Source: Dehalococcoidia bacterium | Lineage (GTDB): Bacteria > Chloroflexota > Dehalococcoidia > DSTF01 > JACRBR01 | NCBI GenBank assembly: GCA_041494685.1 | Contig: JBGQBE010000002.1 | Coordinates: 1 to 64,000, forward strand | DNA: 64,000 nucleotides | Direction: 5' to 3' | Part shown: positions 21,116-30,480 of the stretch, one piece after another | Position numbering within the stretch: the stretch's first letter is position 1 | How the letters are laid out: every line of letters starts with the position of its first letter | Program-made: the position numbers and the translations under genes | Notes under the pieces: model-generated | Databases searched by the model: none | What the model was told of the DNA's origin: nothing | The model's input: the letters and a program-made list of their open reading frames with translations, nothing else

Positions 21116-21366
21116 GCCTGGGGGCCTTTCTACACTGTGCGGCACTCAGTCCCGCTGGGACTGCGCTGACCTAACGGCGGGGGTACCACCACGGTACTCC
21201 CGTTGCGCACGCGATTCCAGCGCGCCGCGTCAAGCTCGGCGCCCCGTGTCAAGCTCGCGGCGGCGGTGTCCGCGCCCGGACGGGGCGGTACACTTGACGG
21301 GCACTCGCCCCCTTTCGCCCGCCGAGCAACACCGGCGCGGCGCGGTACTGCACACGGAGGTGCGCT

Positions 21367-22368
21367 ATGGTCGCCGGAACTTCGATCGTCGGACGTCTGC
21401 AAGAGTCGCGCGAGCGCGGCGTTGCGTACCTGGTGAGCCAGCAACGCGTCGACGGCGCGGTGGGAGAGCCGGAATCGGCAGGGCTCAGCCCGTACTACAA
21501 GGCGCTGTGGGCGTTCGCGGCGGCGGGCCGCGCGGCCGAAGGCAACCGCCTGGCGTCGTGGATCGCGTCGCGCGTGCTGACGGAGGAGGGCGACTACGCC
21601 GGCCCCCTGCGCGGCAAGGGGTTCGACTTCAGCTACGCCTACCCGAACGCGTGGATTACGATCGGCGCGCAGAAGCTGGGGCGATACGACATCACGCACC
21701 GCGCGATGGACTTCCTGCTGACGCTGCAGCACGAGACCGGCGGCTTCCGCGTCCAGCGCGACAACCCGGAGTCCGTGCAGGACCTGCTCAACAGCGCGCA
21801 GGCCGGCAACGCCTGCCTGATCACCGGCCACCTCGCCGCGGCGAAGGGCGTCGGCCGCTTCCTGCGCACGGTGTGGGACGCGCAGCCGCACCCGCACAAA
21901 GAGCTGTTCTTCGTCTACAAGCCGGGCCAGGGGCTGCGCACCGACTTCCCGGAAGAGCGCCAGAAGATGCACTCGATCCGCGTCGACACGCGGCGGCAGC
22001 AGTACTTCAACATGGGCATCGCCGCGGCGTTCCTGGCGCGGCTGACGATGGCTACCGGCGACGCGGAGTGGGCCGTCCTCGGCAAGCACTACCTCTCCAT
22101 CGGCTTCCAGGTGCTGGACGAGATGTACGAAACGGCGCAGGTCGGCAAGGTCGGCTGGGGCGCGGCGCTGATCTACGGCGTCACCGGCGACCACAAGTAC
22201 TTGGAGCTGGCGGAACGCGTCGGCGAGGCGCTGATCGAGCAGCAGACCGAGAGCGGCGGCTGGGACAACACCGGCGGCTACATCGACGATGCGGTGCGCG
22301 CCGAGGTCACGGGCGAATTCGTCGTGCTGCTGGACGAGATGATCGCGGGCATCGCCGCACGGGCCTAA
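21367..22368 (+). CDS. Hypothetical alpha/alpha-toroid protein with prenyltransferase/squalene-cyclase-like repeats
   Basis: GGAGG RBS; QW-like repeats LVSQQRVDGA, LLTLQHETGGF, LIEQQTESGGW. Confidence 0.65.
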   Translation: MVAGTSIVGRLQESRERGVAYLVSQQRVDGAVGEPESAGLSPYYKALWAFAAAGRAAEGNRLASWIASRVLTEEGDYAGPLRGKGFDFSYAYPNAWITIGAQKLGRYDITHRAMDFLLTLQHETGGFRVQRDNPESVQDLLNSAQAGNACLITGHLAAAKGVGRFLRTVWDAQPHPHKELFFVYKPGQGLRTDFPEERQKMHSIRVDTRRQQYFNMGIAAAFLARLTMATGDAEWAVLGKHYLSIGFQVLDEMYETAQVGKVGWGAALIYGVTGDHKYLELAERVGEALIEQQTESGGWDNTGGYIDDAVRAEVTGEFVVLLDEMIAGIAARA

Positions 22369-22486
22369 CCGCCGCGCGTCGCGGCTGTCCGCCGCGAGCC
22401 GTTGCGCGTCACCCCGCCCGTATCAGATGATGTGCCGGTAGTCCCCTTCTGCTCTCTGTTGTCTGCTGTCGTCCGGAGGAACCGCC

Positions 22487-24454
22487 ATGACCGCCACGCA
22501 TGATCCCGTCACGACGCCCGTGCTGCCGGAGCGGCTGCAGGGACAGGGGCTCGACGAGCACCAGTACGAGTCCGGCGACCGCGCGATCCATGCGATCCTC
22601 ACGGACGCGACGGCAGGACCGCAGACCGACCTCGTGATCACCTACCGCGACGGCGCGTACGAGGTCTGGGCGCAGCGCGGTATGATCCGCTTCCAGCGCT
22701 TCTATGCCGCCGACGGGCGCGACTACGACTACCGGGTGATCGAGCAGATCGGCGAGAACCCGGTCGGCAACCAGGACCGCAAGGCGCTGGCGACAATCGA
22801 TGAGGAGCTGGCGGCGTCGAAGGCGTCCGGTTTCGCTGGCATCGACCCCAACACGGCGTACATCGAGCCGGAGCACAACGCCTACCCCTTCGCGTACGAA
22901 CGCATCGCGCAGCTCTTCGACAGCCCGAACGCGCCGGACCTCGTCGTGAACCCGAAGGCGTATGCGTTCGGTCGCCAGCCAGGGCAGCACGGCGCGCTCG
23001 ACGCGATGCAGGCGCGGTCGCCGTTGATCTTCTCCGGCCCCGGCGTGCAGCGCGGCGTGCTGACGGACGCGCCGTCGCGCCAGGTCGATATCGCGCCGAC
23101 GATCGCGAAGCTCATGGGATTCCCGCTGATCGACGGCCGCGACGTCACCGGGCGCAGCTCATCGGAGCGCGGCGTCGCGCCGGACGTGTACCTGAAGCGG
23201 CAGGACGGCCGCGTGCTCGACGAGATCGTCGATGACGCGGGGCCGCAGCCGCGGCGCGTCTACATCTTCCTGCTCGACGGCCAGAGCAACACCGAGTTGA
23301 AGCACCGCCTGGCGAACGACGCCGACGCGATCCCGAACCTGCGGCGGCTGATCCGCAACGGCGCGATGTTCGACTACGGCTCGTTCACCAACTTCCCCAG
23401 CATCACCTGGCCCAGCCACAACAGCATCGGTACCGGCGCCTGGGGCGGCCACCACGACATCGTCAACCCGACGTACTACCTGCGCGAGACGCGCCAAGTG
23501 GTGACGCCGCAGGGGCAACAGTTCGACACGGCGAAGTTCCTCGGCGACGGCGTAGAGACGCTGTACGAGGCGTTCCACCGTGTCTTCGGGCCGTGGCAGG
23601 GGCGCACCGGCGCCTTCACCGCGTCGATCCACGAGCCCTGCACGCGCGGCGCGGACCACGCGACGCTGGAGCGCATCGTCATCGGCGACCGCGACCGGCT
23701 GCGCGAACTGACGCAGCGCTACGCGGGGGACACGAACCCGAAGTGGAAGGCCGACGGCCAGGACGGCGCGTACAGCGAGTCGGTCGTGGAGAACCGCGGG
23801 CTTGCGCAGGCGATCGTACTGTATACCGACCCGGACCACGCGCCACCGAAGTTCATGTTCCACGAGATGCCGCTGACCGACGGCGTCGGGCACGACTACG
23901 GACCGCACTCCGAGGGCCAGCGCGCCGCGCTCGACGAGAGCGACGTGCGCATCGGCCGCATCCTGGACGTGCTGGAGGCGGAGGGGCTGCTGGACAGCAC
24001 GCTCTTTATCGTGACGACGGACCACGGCATGGCGCCGACCGACGCATCCCTGAAGGCGACGCAGGTGCGCGCTGTCACCGACGCGGGGATGAAGGCGGCG
24101 ATCCCGGATCCGCTGGTGTACCTCATCGACATGGCCGTGACGATCACCGCGCACGAGGACGGCCGCACGGCGATGGTAGAGGCGCTGGCGAACGACCCCG
24201 ACGAGAGCGGCGAGCGGCCGCCCGTCGCCGGCGCGGAGGTGACGCTTAGCGGGCACGGCGGCAAGGCCCTGGCGCGCGCGAAGACGGACGCCGGCGGCAC
24301 CTGCGGCCTGCCGCTGCCGCCGAACGTCGATCCGGCGGACCTCTATGCCACGGTGCACCACGACGGCTACAACCCGCGTCACCTGCGCCTCGACGGCACG
24401 CCCGTGCGCGAGGACCTGCGCGCGCTCCTGTACGGCGACCGCGCGCGGGGGTAA
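22487..24454 (+). CDS. Alkaline phosphatase superfamily (NPP/phosphodiesterase-type) protein with permuted motif order
   Basis: FLLDG, FPSITWPSH, TDGVGHDYGP, TTDHGM; GQHG and DIAPT lie N-terminal to these. Confidence 0.85.
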   Translation: MTATHDPVTTPVLPERLQGQGLDEHQYESGDRAIHAILTDATAGPQTDLVITYRDGAYEVWAQRGMIRFQRFYAADGRDYDYRVIEQIGENPVGNQDRKALATIDEELAASKASGFAGIDPNTAYIEPEHNAYPFAYERIAQLFDSPNAPDLVVNPKAYAFGRQPGQHGALDAMQARSPLIFSGPGVQRGVLTDAPSRQVDIAPTIAKLMGFPLIDGRDVTGRSSSERGVAPDVYLKRQDGRVLDEIVDDAGPQPRRVYIFLLDGQSNTELKHRLANDADAIPNLRRLIRNGAMFDYGSFTNFPSITWPSHNSIGTGAWGGHHDIVNPTYYLRETRQVVTPQGQQFDTAKFLGDGVETLYEAFHRVFGPWQGRTGAFTASIHEPCTRGADHATLERIVIGDRDRLRELTQRYAGDTNPKWKADGQDGAYSESVVENRGLAQAIVLYTDPDHAPPKFMFHEMPLTDGVGHDYGPHSEGQRAALDESDVRIGRILDVLEAEGLLDSTLFIVTTDHGMAPTDASLKATQVRAVTDAGMKAAIPDPLVYLIDMAVTITAHEDGRTAMVEALANDPDESGERPPVAGAEVTLSGHGGKALARAKTDAGGTCGLPLPPNVDPADLYATVHHDGYNPRHLRLDGTPVREDLRALLYGDRARG

Positions 24455-24506
24455 CGGTGGCACCGGCAAACGTTAGGGTGCGGAGCATCACAATCGGAGG
24501 CACATC

Positions 24507-24776
24507 ATGGGAATTCTCGCCTGGATTGTCGTAGGACTCATCGCGGGCGTGGTGGCGAAGGCCATCATGCCGGGCGGCGGACCGGGCGGCATCGTACTGA
24601 CCATCTTGCTGGGAATCGGGGGTGCGTTCGTCGGCGGATTCCTCGCGTCGGCGCTCGGGATCGGCGACGGCGTCGCTCAATTCGACGTGCGCACGATCCT
24701 CGTCGCGATCGCCGGCTCGGTCGTGCTGCTGTTCGCCTACCGGATGTTGACGAGCGCCTCCGGGAGACACGGGTGA
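24507..24776 (+). CDS. GlsB/YeaQ/YmgE family small membrane protein
   Basis: WIVVGLIAGVVAKAIMPG...TILLGIGGAFVGG...AIAGSVVLL. Confidence 0.92.
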   Translation: MGILAWIVVGLIAGVVAKAIMPGGGPGGIVLTILLGIGGAFVGGFLASALGIGDGVAQFDVRTILVAIAGSVVLLFAYRMLTSASGRHG

Positions 24777-24792
24777 CAGCTGCGGCGGAGGC

Positions 24793-25533
24793 ATGATGCT
24801 CGACATCCGGCGGGACAGCGAGATCTACGAGATCGAAGGTGAGTGGTTCCACGCGCGATGGCATTTCTCCTTCGACCAGTACCGCGACCCGGAGAACGAC
24901 AGCTTCGGCGCGATGCGCGTCTTCAACGACGATCGCTTGATACCGGGCGCGGTGTGGCCCCTCCACCCGCACAAGGACGTTGAAGGGCTCACGTATGTCG
25001 TCGAGGGGACGTTCGGACACCAGGACAACGTGGGCGGCGCCTTCGGGCCGCTGCCCGCGGGTTCGGTCCAGCGAATGACGCTCGGCTCGGGCGCGCTGCA
25101 CTCGGAGCTCAACGCGTCGAAAGACGAACCGATGCGGTTCATCCAGATCTGGATCCTGCCCGATACCGCCGGGCTGGAGCCGCAGGTGGAACAGCGCATC
25201 TTCACACGCGAGGACAGAACGAACCGGCTGCTGAAGGTCATCGGACCCGAGGGCGGCGATGTCGTGAAGGTCCACCAGGACGCGTCCGTCCACGTCGCGT
25301 CGCTCGATGCCGGAACAGAAGTCACGCACGAGATCGGCAGCGGACGCGGCGTCTATGCCTACATGATCGCCGGCGCCGGGTCCTTCGACGGCCAGGATGT
25401 CGCCACAGGGGACGCAGCGAAAGTGACGGGACAGTCTTCGTTACGGATCCGCGCTCGCGAACAGAGCGAACTCATCCTCGTGGATGTGCCCATGAGATTC
25501 GAGCCGGTGGGCATCTGGCGAGGCCGCATCTAG
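24793..25533 (+). CDS. Pirin family protein
   Basis: HFSF..Y, RVFNDD, HPHKDVE, MTLGSGALHSE, FIQIWI. Confidence 0.93.
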   Translation: MMLDIRRDSEIYEIEGEWFHARWHFSFDQYRDPENDSFGAMRVFNDDRLIPGAVWPLHPHKDVEGLTYVVEGTFGHQDNVGGAFGPLPAGSVQRMTLGSGALHSELNASKDEPMRFIQIWILPDTAGLEPQVEQRIFTREDRTNRLLKVIGPEGGDVVKVHQDASVHVASLDAGTEVTHEIGSGRGVYAYMIAGAGSFDGQDVATGDAAKVTGQSSLRIRAREQSELILVDVPMRFEPVGIWRGRI

Positions 25534-25614
25534 GCGGCGCCTGACCGGCCCGCCCCGCGTGCCGGTCGTACCGACGATGTCATACGCGCCCAGAACGAGG
25601 CCGCCCGCGGATCG

Positions 25615-26541
25615 CTACGCGGCGCCGCCGCCGGCGCGGAACCACTCGTAGGTGCGCTCGAGGCCGTCGCGCAGGGGCACCTGGGCGCGCCAGCCCGTGG
25701 CCTGCTTGAGCTTCTCGCTCCAGGCGTAGGTCGCCAGGACGTCGCCGGCGCGCTCGCCGAGGTCTTCGATCGGCTGCTCGTCGCCGCCGATCGCCTGGAT
25801 CTCGCGCACGACGTCGATGATCTTCGTGCCGGTCTCGGAGCCGACGTTGTAGTAGTCGAGCCCCGTCAGCCCCAGCACGGCGGTGTGCGCGCGCGCCAGG
25901 TCCTCGACGTAGATGAAGTCGCGGACCTGCTCGCCCTTCCAGTAAAGCGGGATGCGCCGCCGCTCGATCACGGCGCGGATGAAGTTCGGGATCGCGTGGG
26001 TCTCAGGCTCGTGCATCTCGTTGGGGCCGTAGGGGTTGAAGTAGCGCAGGATGATCGCGTCCATGGCGTACAGCTGGTTGTACGTGGCGACGAACGCCTC
26101 GGTGGACACCTTCGACGCGCCGTACGGGTTCGACTGCGCGCCTAGCGGGTCGGTCTCGCGGATCGGCAGGCTCTTCGGCGTGCCGTAGACGGTGGCGCTG
26201 GACGAGAAGACGATCTTGCCGACGTCAGCGCGGTGCATCGACTCCAGCAGCCGCACCGAGTTCATGATGTTGTTCTCGGCGAAGACCAGCGGTTCCTGCA
26301 CGGAGCGGCCGACCTCGATGAAGGCGGCCATGTGGATCACGGCGTCGTGGCCGCGCAGCCAGCCGGGCAGGCGGTCCTCGTCGGCGAGGTCGCCCTCGAT
26401 GAAGCGCGCCCCGTCGGGCACGAGCGCGCGGAAGCCCTTGGAGAGGTTGTCGAGGACGCTGACCTCATGCCCTTCGTGCATCAGCACGCGCGTCACCCAC
26501 GAGCCGATGAACCCCGCGCCGCCCGTGACGAGTACGCGCAC
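25615..26541 (-). CDS. galE: NAD-dependent epimerase (UDP-glucose 4-epimerase-like)
   Basis: VLVTGGAGFIGS, FSSSATVYG, YGASK, LRYFN; GTG start overlaps the fabF stop. Confidence 0.8.
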   Translation of the reverse strand: MRVLVTGGAGFIGSWVTRVLMHEGHEVSVLDNLSKGFRALVPDGARFIEGDLADEDRLPGWLRGHDAVIHMAAFIEVGRSVQEPLVFAENNIMNSVRLLESMHRADVGKIVFSSSATVYGTPKSLPIRETDPLGAQSNPYGASKVSTEAFVATYNQLYAMDAIILRYFNPYGPNEMHEPETHAIPNFIRAVIERRRIPLYWKGEQVRDFIYVEDLARAHTAVLGLTGLDYYNVGSETGTKIIDVVREIQAIGGDEQPIEDLGERAGDVLATYAWSEKLKQATGWRAQVPLRDGLERTYEWFRAGGGAA

Positions 26542-27806
26542 TAGTCCTCGTACTTCTTGAACACCAGGCAGGCGTTCTGGCCGCCGAATCCGAAGCTGTT
26601 CTTCAGCACGACCCGCACGTCGACCTGGCGCGCCTTGTTCGGCACGTAGTCCAGGTCGCAGTCCGGGTCCGGGAACTCCTGGTTGATCGTGGGGTGCACC
26701 CAGCCGGTGAGGATCGACTGCACGCACGCCACCGCCTCGATCGCGGCGGATGCGCCGAGGGTGTGGCCGATCAGCGACTTGGTCGCGCTGATCGGGATCT
26801 GGTACGCGTTCTCGCCCAGCGCGCGCTTCATCGCGATCGTCTCGTACTTGTCGTTCATCTGCGTCGACGTGGCGTGTGCGTTGATGTGGTCGACGTCCTC
26901 CGGCCGGACGCCCGCATCCGCGAGCGCCAGCGTCATGCAGGCCGCCGTCGTCTCGCCGTCCTCGACCGGCACCACGACGTGGTGCGCGTCGGAGGTGCAG
27001 CCGTAGCCGGCCAGCTCCGCCAGGATCGTTGCGCCGCGCCGCTTCGCGTGCTCCAGCGCCTCGACGACGAAGACGGCGGCGCCCTCGGACGACACGAATC
27101 CGTCCCGCCTGGCGTCGAAGGGGCGGCTCGCGCCTTCCGGCGGGTCGTTGTGCGTGGAGAGTGCCTTCATCACCTGGAACGCCGCCAGCCCCAGCTCGGA
27201 GAGCCCCGCCTCGGTGCCGCCGGTGACCATCACGTCGGCGCGGCCGGCGCGGATCATCTCCATCGCCTCGCCCATGGCGTTGCCGGCCGAGGCGCAGGCG
27301 GTGCTGATCGTGGAGTTGTAGCCCTTGAGGCCGTACTGCATCGCCACCTGGGCGGCGGCCATGTTCGGCAGCATCTTCACCATGTAGAAGGGGTCCATAC
27401 GGCGCGCGCCCCTCTGCGTGATGTCCTTCACGGCCTTGTCGGTGTCCGGGTAGCCGCCCATGCCGTTGCCGAAGATCACGCCGACGCGGTACGGGTCCTC
27501 GCGCGTCATATCGAGGCCCGACGTAGCGAACGCCTCGCGCGCGGCGCCCAGTGCCAGTTGCGAGAAGCGCGCCATGCGCCGCGCCTCCTTGCGGTCGATG
27601 TAGTCCTCCGGCACGAAGCCCTTGACTTCGCCGGCGATGTGGATGTCGTAGCCGGTGGAGTCCACCTGCGTCAGCGGGCCGACGCCGGACTTGCCGGCGA
27701 GCGCGTTCTCCCAGAACTCCGCGACCGTGTGCCCCAGGGGATTAATCGTGCCCATGCCCGTGATGACCACGCGCCTGCGGCCGTTGCTGTTGCTGCCGTT
27801 CGTCAT
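26541..27806 (-). CDS. fabF: 3-oxoacyl-ACP synthase II
   Basis: RRVVITGMG, STACAS, NAHATST, KSLIGHTLG, NSFGFGGQN. Confidence 0.95.
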   Translation of the reverse strand: MTNGSNSNGRRRVVITGMGTINPLGHTVAEFWENALAGKSGVGPLTQVDSTGYDIHIAGEVKGFVPEDYIDRKEARRMARFSQLALGAAREAFATSGLDMTREDPYRVGVIFGNGMGGYPDTDKAVKDITQRGARRMDPFYMVKMLPNMAAAQVAMQYGLKGYNSTISTACASAGNAMGEAMEMIRAGRADVMVTGGTEAGLSELGLAAFQVMKALSTHNDPPEGASRPFDARRDGFVSSEGAAVFVVEALEHAKRRGATILAELAGYGCTSDAHHVVVPVEDGETTAACMTLALADAGVRPEDVDHINAHATSTQMNDKYETIAMKRALGENAYQIPISATKSLIGHTLGASAAIEAVACVQSILTGWVHPTINQEFPDPDCDLDYVPNKARQVDVRVVLKNSFGFGGQNACLVFKKYED

Positions 27807-27818
27807 GCTGCGTCTCGA

Positions 27819-29195
27819 TCAGGAAGGGCCGGAGTGAGACTCCGGCGGATGTGCCGATGCCAGTCTGATCATATCGGATTCGATCCCCAGATGATACTCG
27901 CGGACGGCCGCCACGAACGCGATGGAGCCGAACGCGACGACCGTGCCGCGGCCTCCCGCATCGGCCGCCGCGGCTTCGAGCGCCTGGGGCAGCGCGCCCA
28001 GCACGGTCACCGGCGCATCGTGCGCGCGGAAAGGCTGCGCCGCATCGCGCGGGTCCGCGGCGCGCGCGCCCGGCCACGCCGTCACGTACACGTGGTCGGC
28101 CGCCTCCGCGACCGCCGCCGCCATGCCCTCGACGTCCTTGCCGGCCAGCGTGCCGAAGACGAACGCCGCGTGCGCCAGCCCGAAGTGATCACGCAGCGCC
28201 GCTACCATCCGCTTCGCCGAGTCGCCGTTGTGCGCGCCGTCGATGATCAGCAGCGGCTTCCGCGACAGCACCTCCATGCGCCCCGGCCACGACACCGCCG
28301 CCAGCCCGGCGCGCACGTGCCGCGGCGTCAGCTCGATGCCCGCGCGCGCGGCGAAGCGCTCGCACGCGACGACGGCGGTCGCGGCGTTGTCGAGCTGGTG
28401 GCGGCCGATCAGCGGCAGCGACGCGGCGTACGTCGCCCGCGGCGTCTTGAGCTTGAACTCCTGCCCGTCCGAGGTCGCGGACGTGCGCGCCACCTGGCAC
28501 GCCGCGGCCACCTCGATCAGCGCCGCGCCGCGCTCGGCCGCGAACGCGCGGAACACGTCGATCGCCGATTCGCGCTGCGGCGCCGCGACGACGTCAGCGC
28601 CGGGCGTGATGATCGCCGCCTTCTGCGCCGCGATGGCGCCGATCGTGCCGCCGAGGATGGCCGTGTGCTCCAGGCTGATCGGCGTCAGCACGACGACGTC
28701 CGTCGCATCGAATACGTTCGTGGAATCGAGCAGGCCGCCGAGGCCGACTTCCACCACCTGCGCCTCCACGCCGGCGTCGCGGAAGGCGACGAAGGCCGAC
28801 GCCGTCAGCGCGTCGAAGGCGAGGAGCTGGCGGCCGGGGAAGCGCGGCGCGACGCGCTCCATCGCCTCGCGCACGGTGGTCATCGCCGCGGCAAATCCCT
28901 CCGGCGCGATCGGCGCGCCGGCGACGCGGATGCGCTCGGTGTAGCGGTGCAGGTGCGGACTGACGTACGCGCCTGTGCGGACCCCGGCGGCCCGCAGCAC
29001 GGCCTCGATCATGGCGAGCGTGCTGCCCTTCCCCTTCGACCCGGCGACGTGCACGGTGCGGCGCCCCAGGTGCGGCTCGCCGAGTTCGGCCAGCAGCGCG
29101 CGCACCGGCGCGACGTCCGGCCGGTCGGCGAACTCGCCGGTACGCTCGAAGTCGGGCAGGGAGAGGAGCCAGCGCAGCGACGCGTCGTAGTCCAT
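27819..29195 (-). CDS. folC: Folylpolyglutamate/dihydrofolate synthase
   Basis: HVAGSKGKGST, SPHL...ERI, EVGLGGLLDSTN, WPGRME, DGAHN. Confidence 0.94.
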   Translation of the reverse strand: MDYDASLRWLLSLPDFERTGEFADRPDVAPVRALLAELGEPHLGRRTVHVAGSKGKGSTLAMIEAVLRAAGVRTGAYVSPHLHRYTERIRVAGAPIAPEGFAAAMTTVREAMERVAPRFPGRQLLAFDALTASAFVAFRDAGVEAQVVEVGLGGLLDSTNVFDATDVVVLTPISLEHTAILGGTIGAIAAQKAAIITPGADVVAAPQRESAIDVFRAFAAERGAALIEVAAACQVARTSATSDGQEFKLKTPRATYAASLPLIGRHQLDNAATAVVACERFAARAGIELTPRHVRAGLAAVSWPGRMEVLSRKPLLIIDGAHNGDSAKRMVAALRDHFGLAHAAFVFGTLAGKDVEGMAAAVAEAADHVYVTAWPGARAADPRDAAQPFRAHDAPVTVLGALPQALEAAAADAGGRGTVVAFGSIAFVAAVREYHLGIESDMIRLASAHPPESHSGPS

Positions 29196-29217
29196 CGCGC
29201 TCAGGGTAGCAAGTCGG

Positions 29218-29247
29218 TTGACAGCGCCCGACGCCGCATCTTATGAT
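29218..29247 (+). promoter_or_regulatory. Near-consensus sigma70 promoter of the ABC exporter leader
   Basis: TTGACA-18 nt-TATGAT. Confidence 0.75.
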
Positions 29248-29295
29248 GCGCGTCAGGCCCGTGGCCTGACATGCGATCGGAGCGCAGGACTTTCG

Positions 29296-29406
29296 ATGAG
29301 AACCTTGGAGACCAGCATCGCGTTCGTCCTTCGTGGGCGCGCCACCAATAGAGGTGGAGTGCCTGTGGGGGGGATGCGTGTGCCCAGCGGGAGTGGTGAG
29401 CATTGA
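29296..29406 (+). CDS. Putative 36-aa leader (attenuator) peptide
   Basis: AGGA RBS; MRTLETSIAFVLRGRATNRGGVPVGGMRVPSGSGEH; overlaps the 5' arm of an antiterminator. Confidence 0.55.
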   Translation: MRTLETSIAFVLRGRATNRGGVPVGGMRVPSGSGEH

Positions 29407-29439
29407 GTTAGCCGAGCACCCCCGGGCCGCACGCATTCC

Positions 29440-29473
29440 ACCCACTCGCGCGATGAGGCGAAGTGGGTTTTTT
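29440..29473 (+). terminator. Intrinsic terminator (attenuator) in the 5' leader of the ABC exporter
   Basis: ACCCACTCGC-loop-GCGAAGTGGGT followed by TTTTT, about 45 nt before the ATG. Confidence 0.8.
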
Positions 29474-29519
29474 GTCGCCCGGCCGCGGGCAGCGGCCGGG
29501 AGTGCGCCAGGAGCGAACC

Positions 29520-30434
29520 ATGACACTGCAACAGGGCGAAATCGAATCGAAACCATACGGCGCGCCGGCGGCGATCGACGTGACGCTGCCGCTGCGCGCC
29601 GACCACGTGGTGAAGTCGTTCGGCGGCGGCTTCGACTTCAAGCGCGTGCTGCCGTGGAACCGTAACGGCAAGTCCGGCGACGGGCCGCGCCGCGTCGTCG
29701 ATGACGTGTCATTCGAGATCCGGCCGGGCGAGATCTTCGGCGTGATCGGCGCGAACGGCTCCGGCAAGTCGACGCTGATCCGCATCATCAGCACGCTGCT
29801 GCTGCCGGACGCCGGCGGCGTGCGGATCTTCGGGCTGGATGTGACGGAGGAGCCGATGCGCGTGCGGGCGCTGATCAACCGCGTGTCGGCAGACCCGTCG
29901 TTCTTCCGGAACATGACGGCGCTGGAGAACCTGCTGTTCTTCGGCCGCGTCTACGGCCTGACGCCGAAGCAGGTGAAGGAGCGGACGCCGGAGATCCTGC
30001 GCCGCCTGGGGTTCGAGTGGAAGCGCGCGCTGGAGCCGATGAGCAACCTGTCGCGCGGCCAGCAGCAGAAGGTGGCCGTGGCAAGGTCGTTCCTCACGTC
30101 GCCGGTGCTGATGCTGCTCGACGAGCCGACGACCGGCCTGGACCCGCGCAGCAAGCGCGACGTGCAGACGTTCATCCGCCGCGTGCAGCAGGAGCACAGC
30201 GCATCGATCTTGCTGACCACGCACGACATGGACGAGGCGGAGCAGCTGTGCGACCGCATTTCGTTCATCTCGGGCGGGCGGATCGTCGCGGAGGGCACGC
30301 CGCTGGAGTTGCGGCAGATGGTCGCCGGCGGGCGACCGATCGAAAGCATCAACATGGAGACGGTGTTCATGGAGCTGACCGGCCGCAGCGTCGAGGACGA
30401 CGAAGAGCCGGCGGCGGTTGGCGCGGGCGCATGA
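29520..30434 (+). CDS. ABC exporter ATP-binding subunit (DrrA/CcmA-like)
   Basis: GANGSGKST, LSRGQQQ signature, LLDEPTTGLDP, TTH; AGGAG RBS. Confidence 0.93.
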   Translation: MTLQQGEIESKPYGAPAAIDVTLPLRADHVVKSFGGGFDFKRVLPWNRNGKSGDGPRRVVDDVSFEIRPGEIFGVIGANGSGKSTLIRIISTLLLPDAGGVRIFGLDVTEEPMRVRALINRVSADPSFFRNMTALENLLFFGRVYGLTPKQVKERTPEILRRLGFEWKRALEPMSNLSRGQQQKVAVARSFLTSPVLMLLDEPTTGLDPRSKRDVQTFIRRVQQEHSASILLTTHDMDEAEQLCDRISFISGGRIVAEGTPLELRQMVAGGRPIESINMETVFMELTGRSVEDDEEPAAVGAGA

Positions 30435-30480
30435 CGCGCCCGACGCCGCCGCAGCTGATGGCACCTGGAAGGAGAGCATC

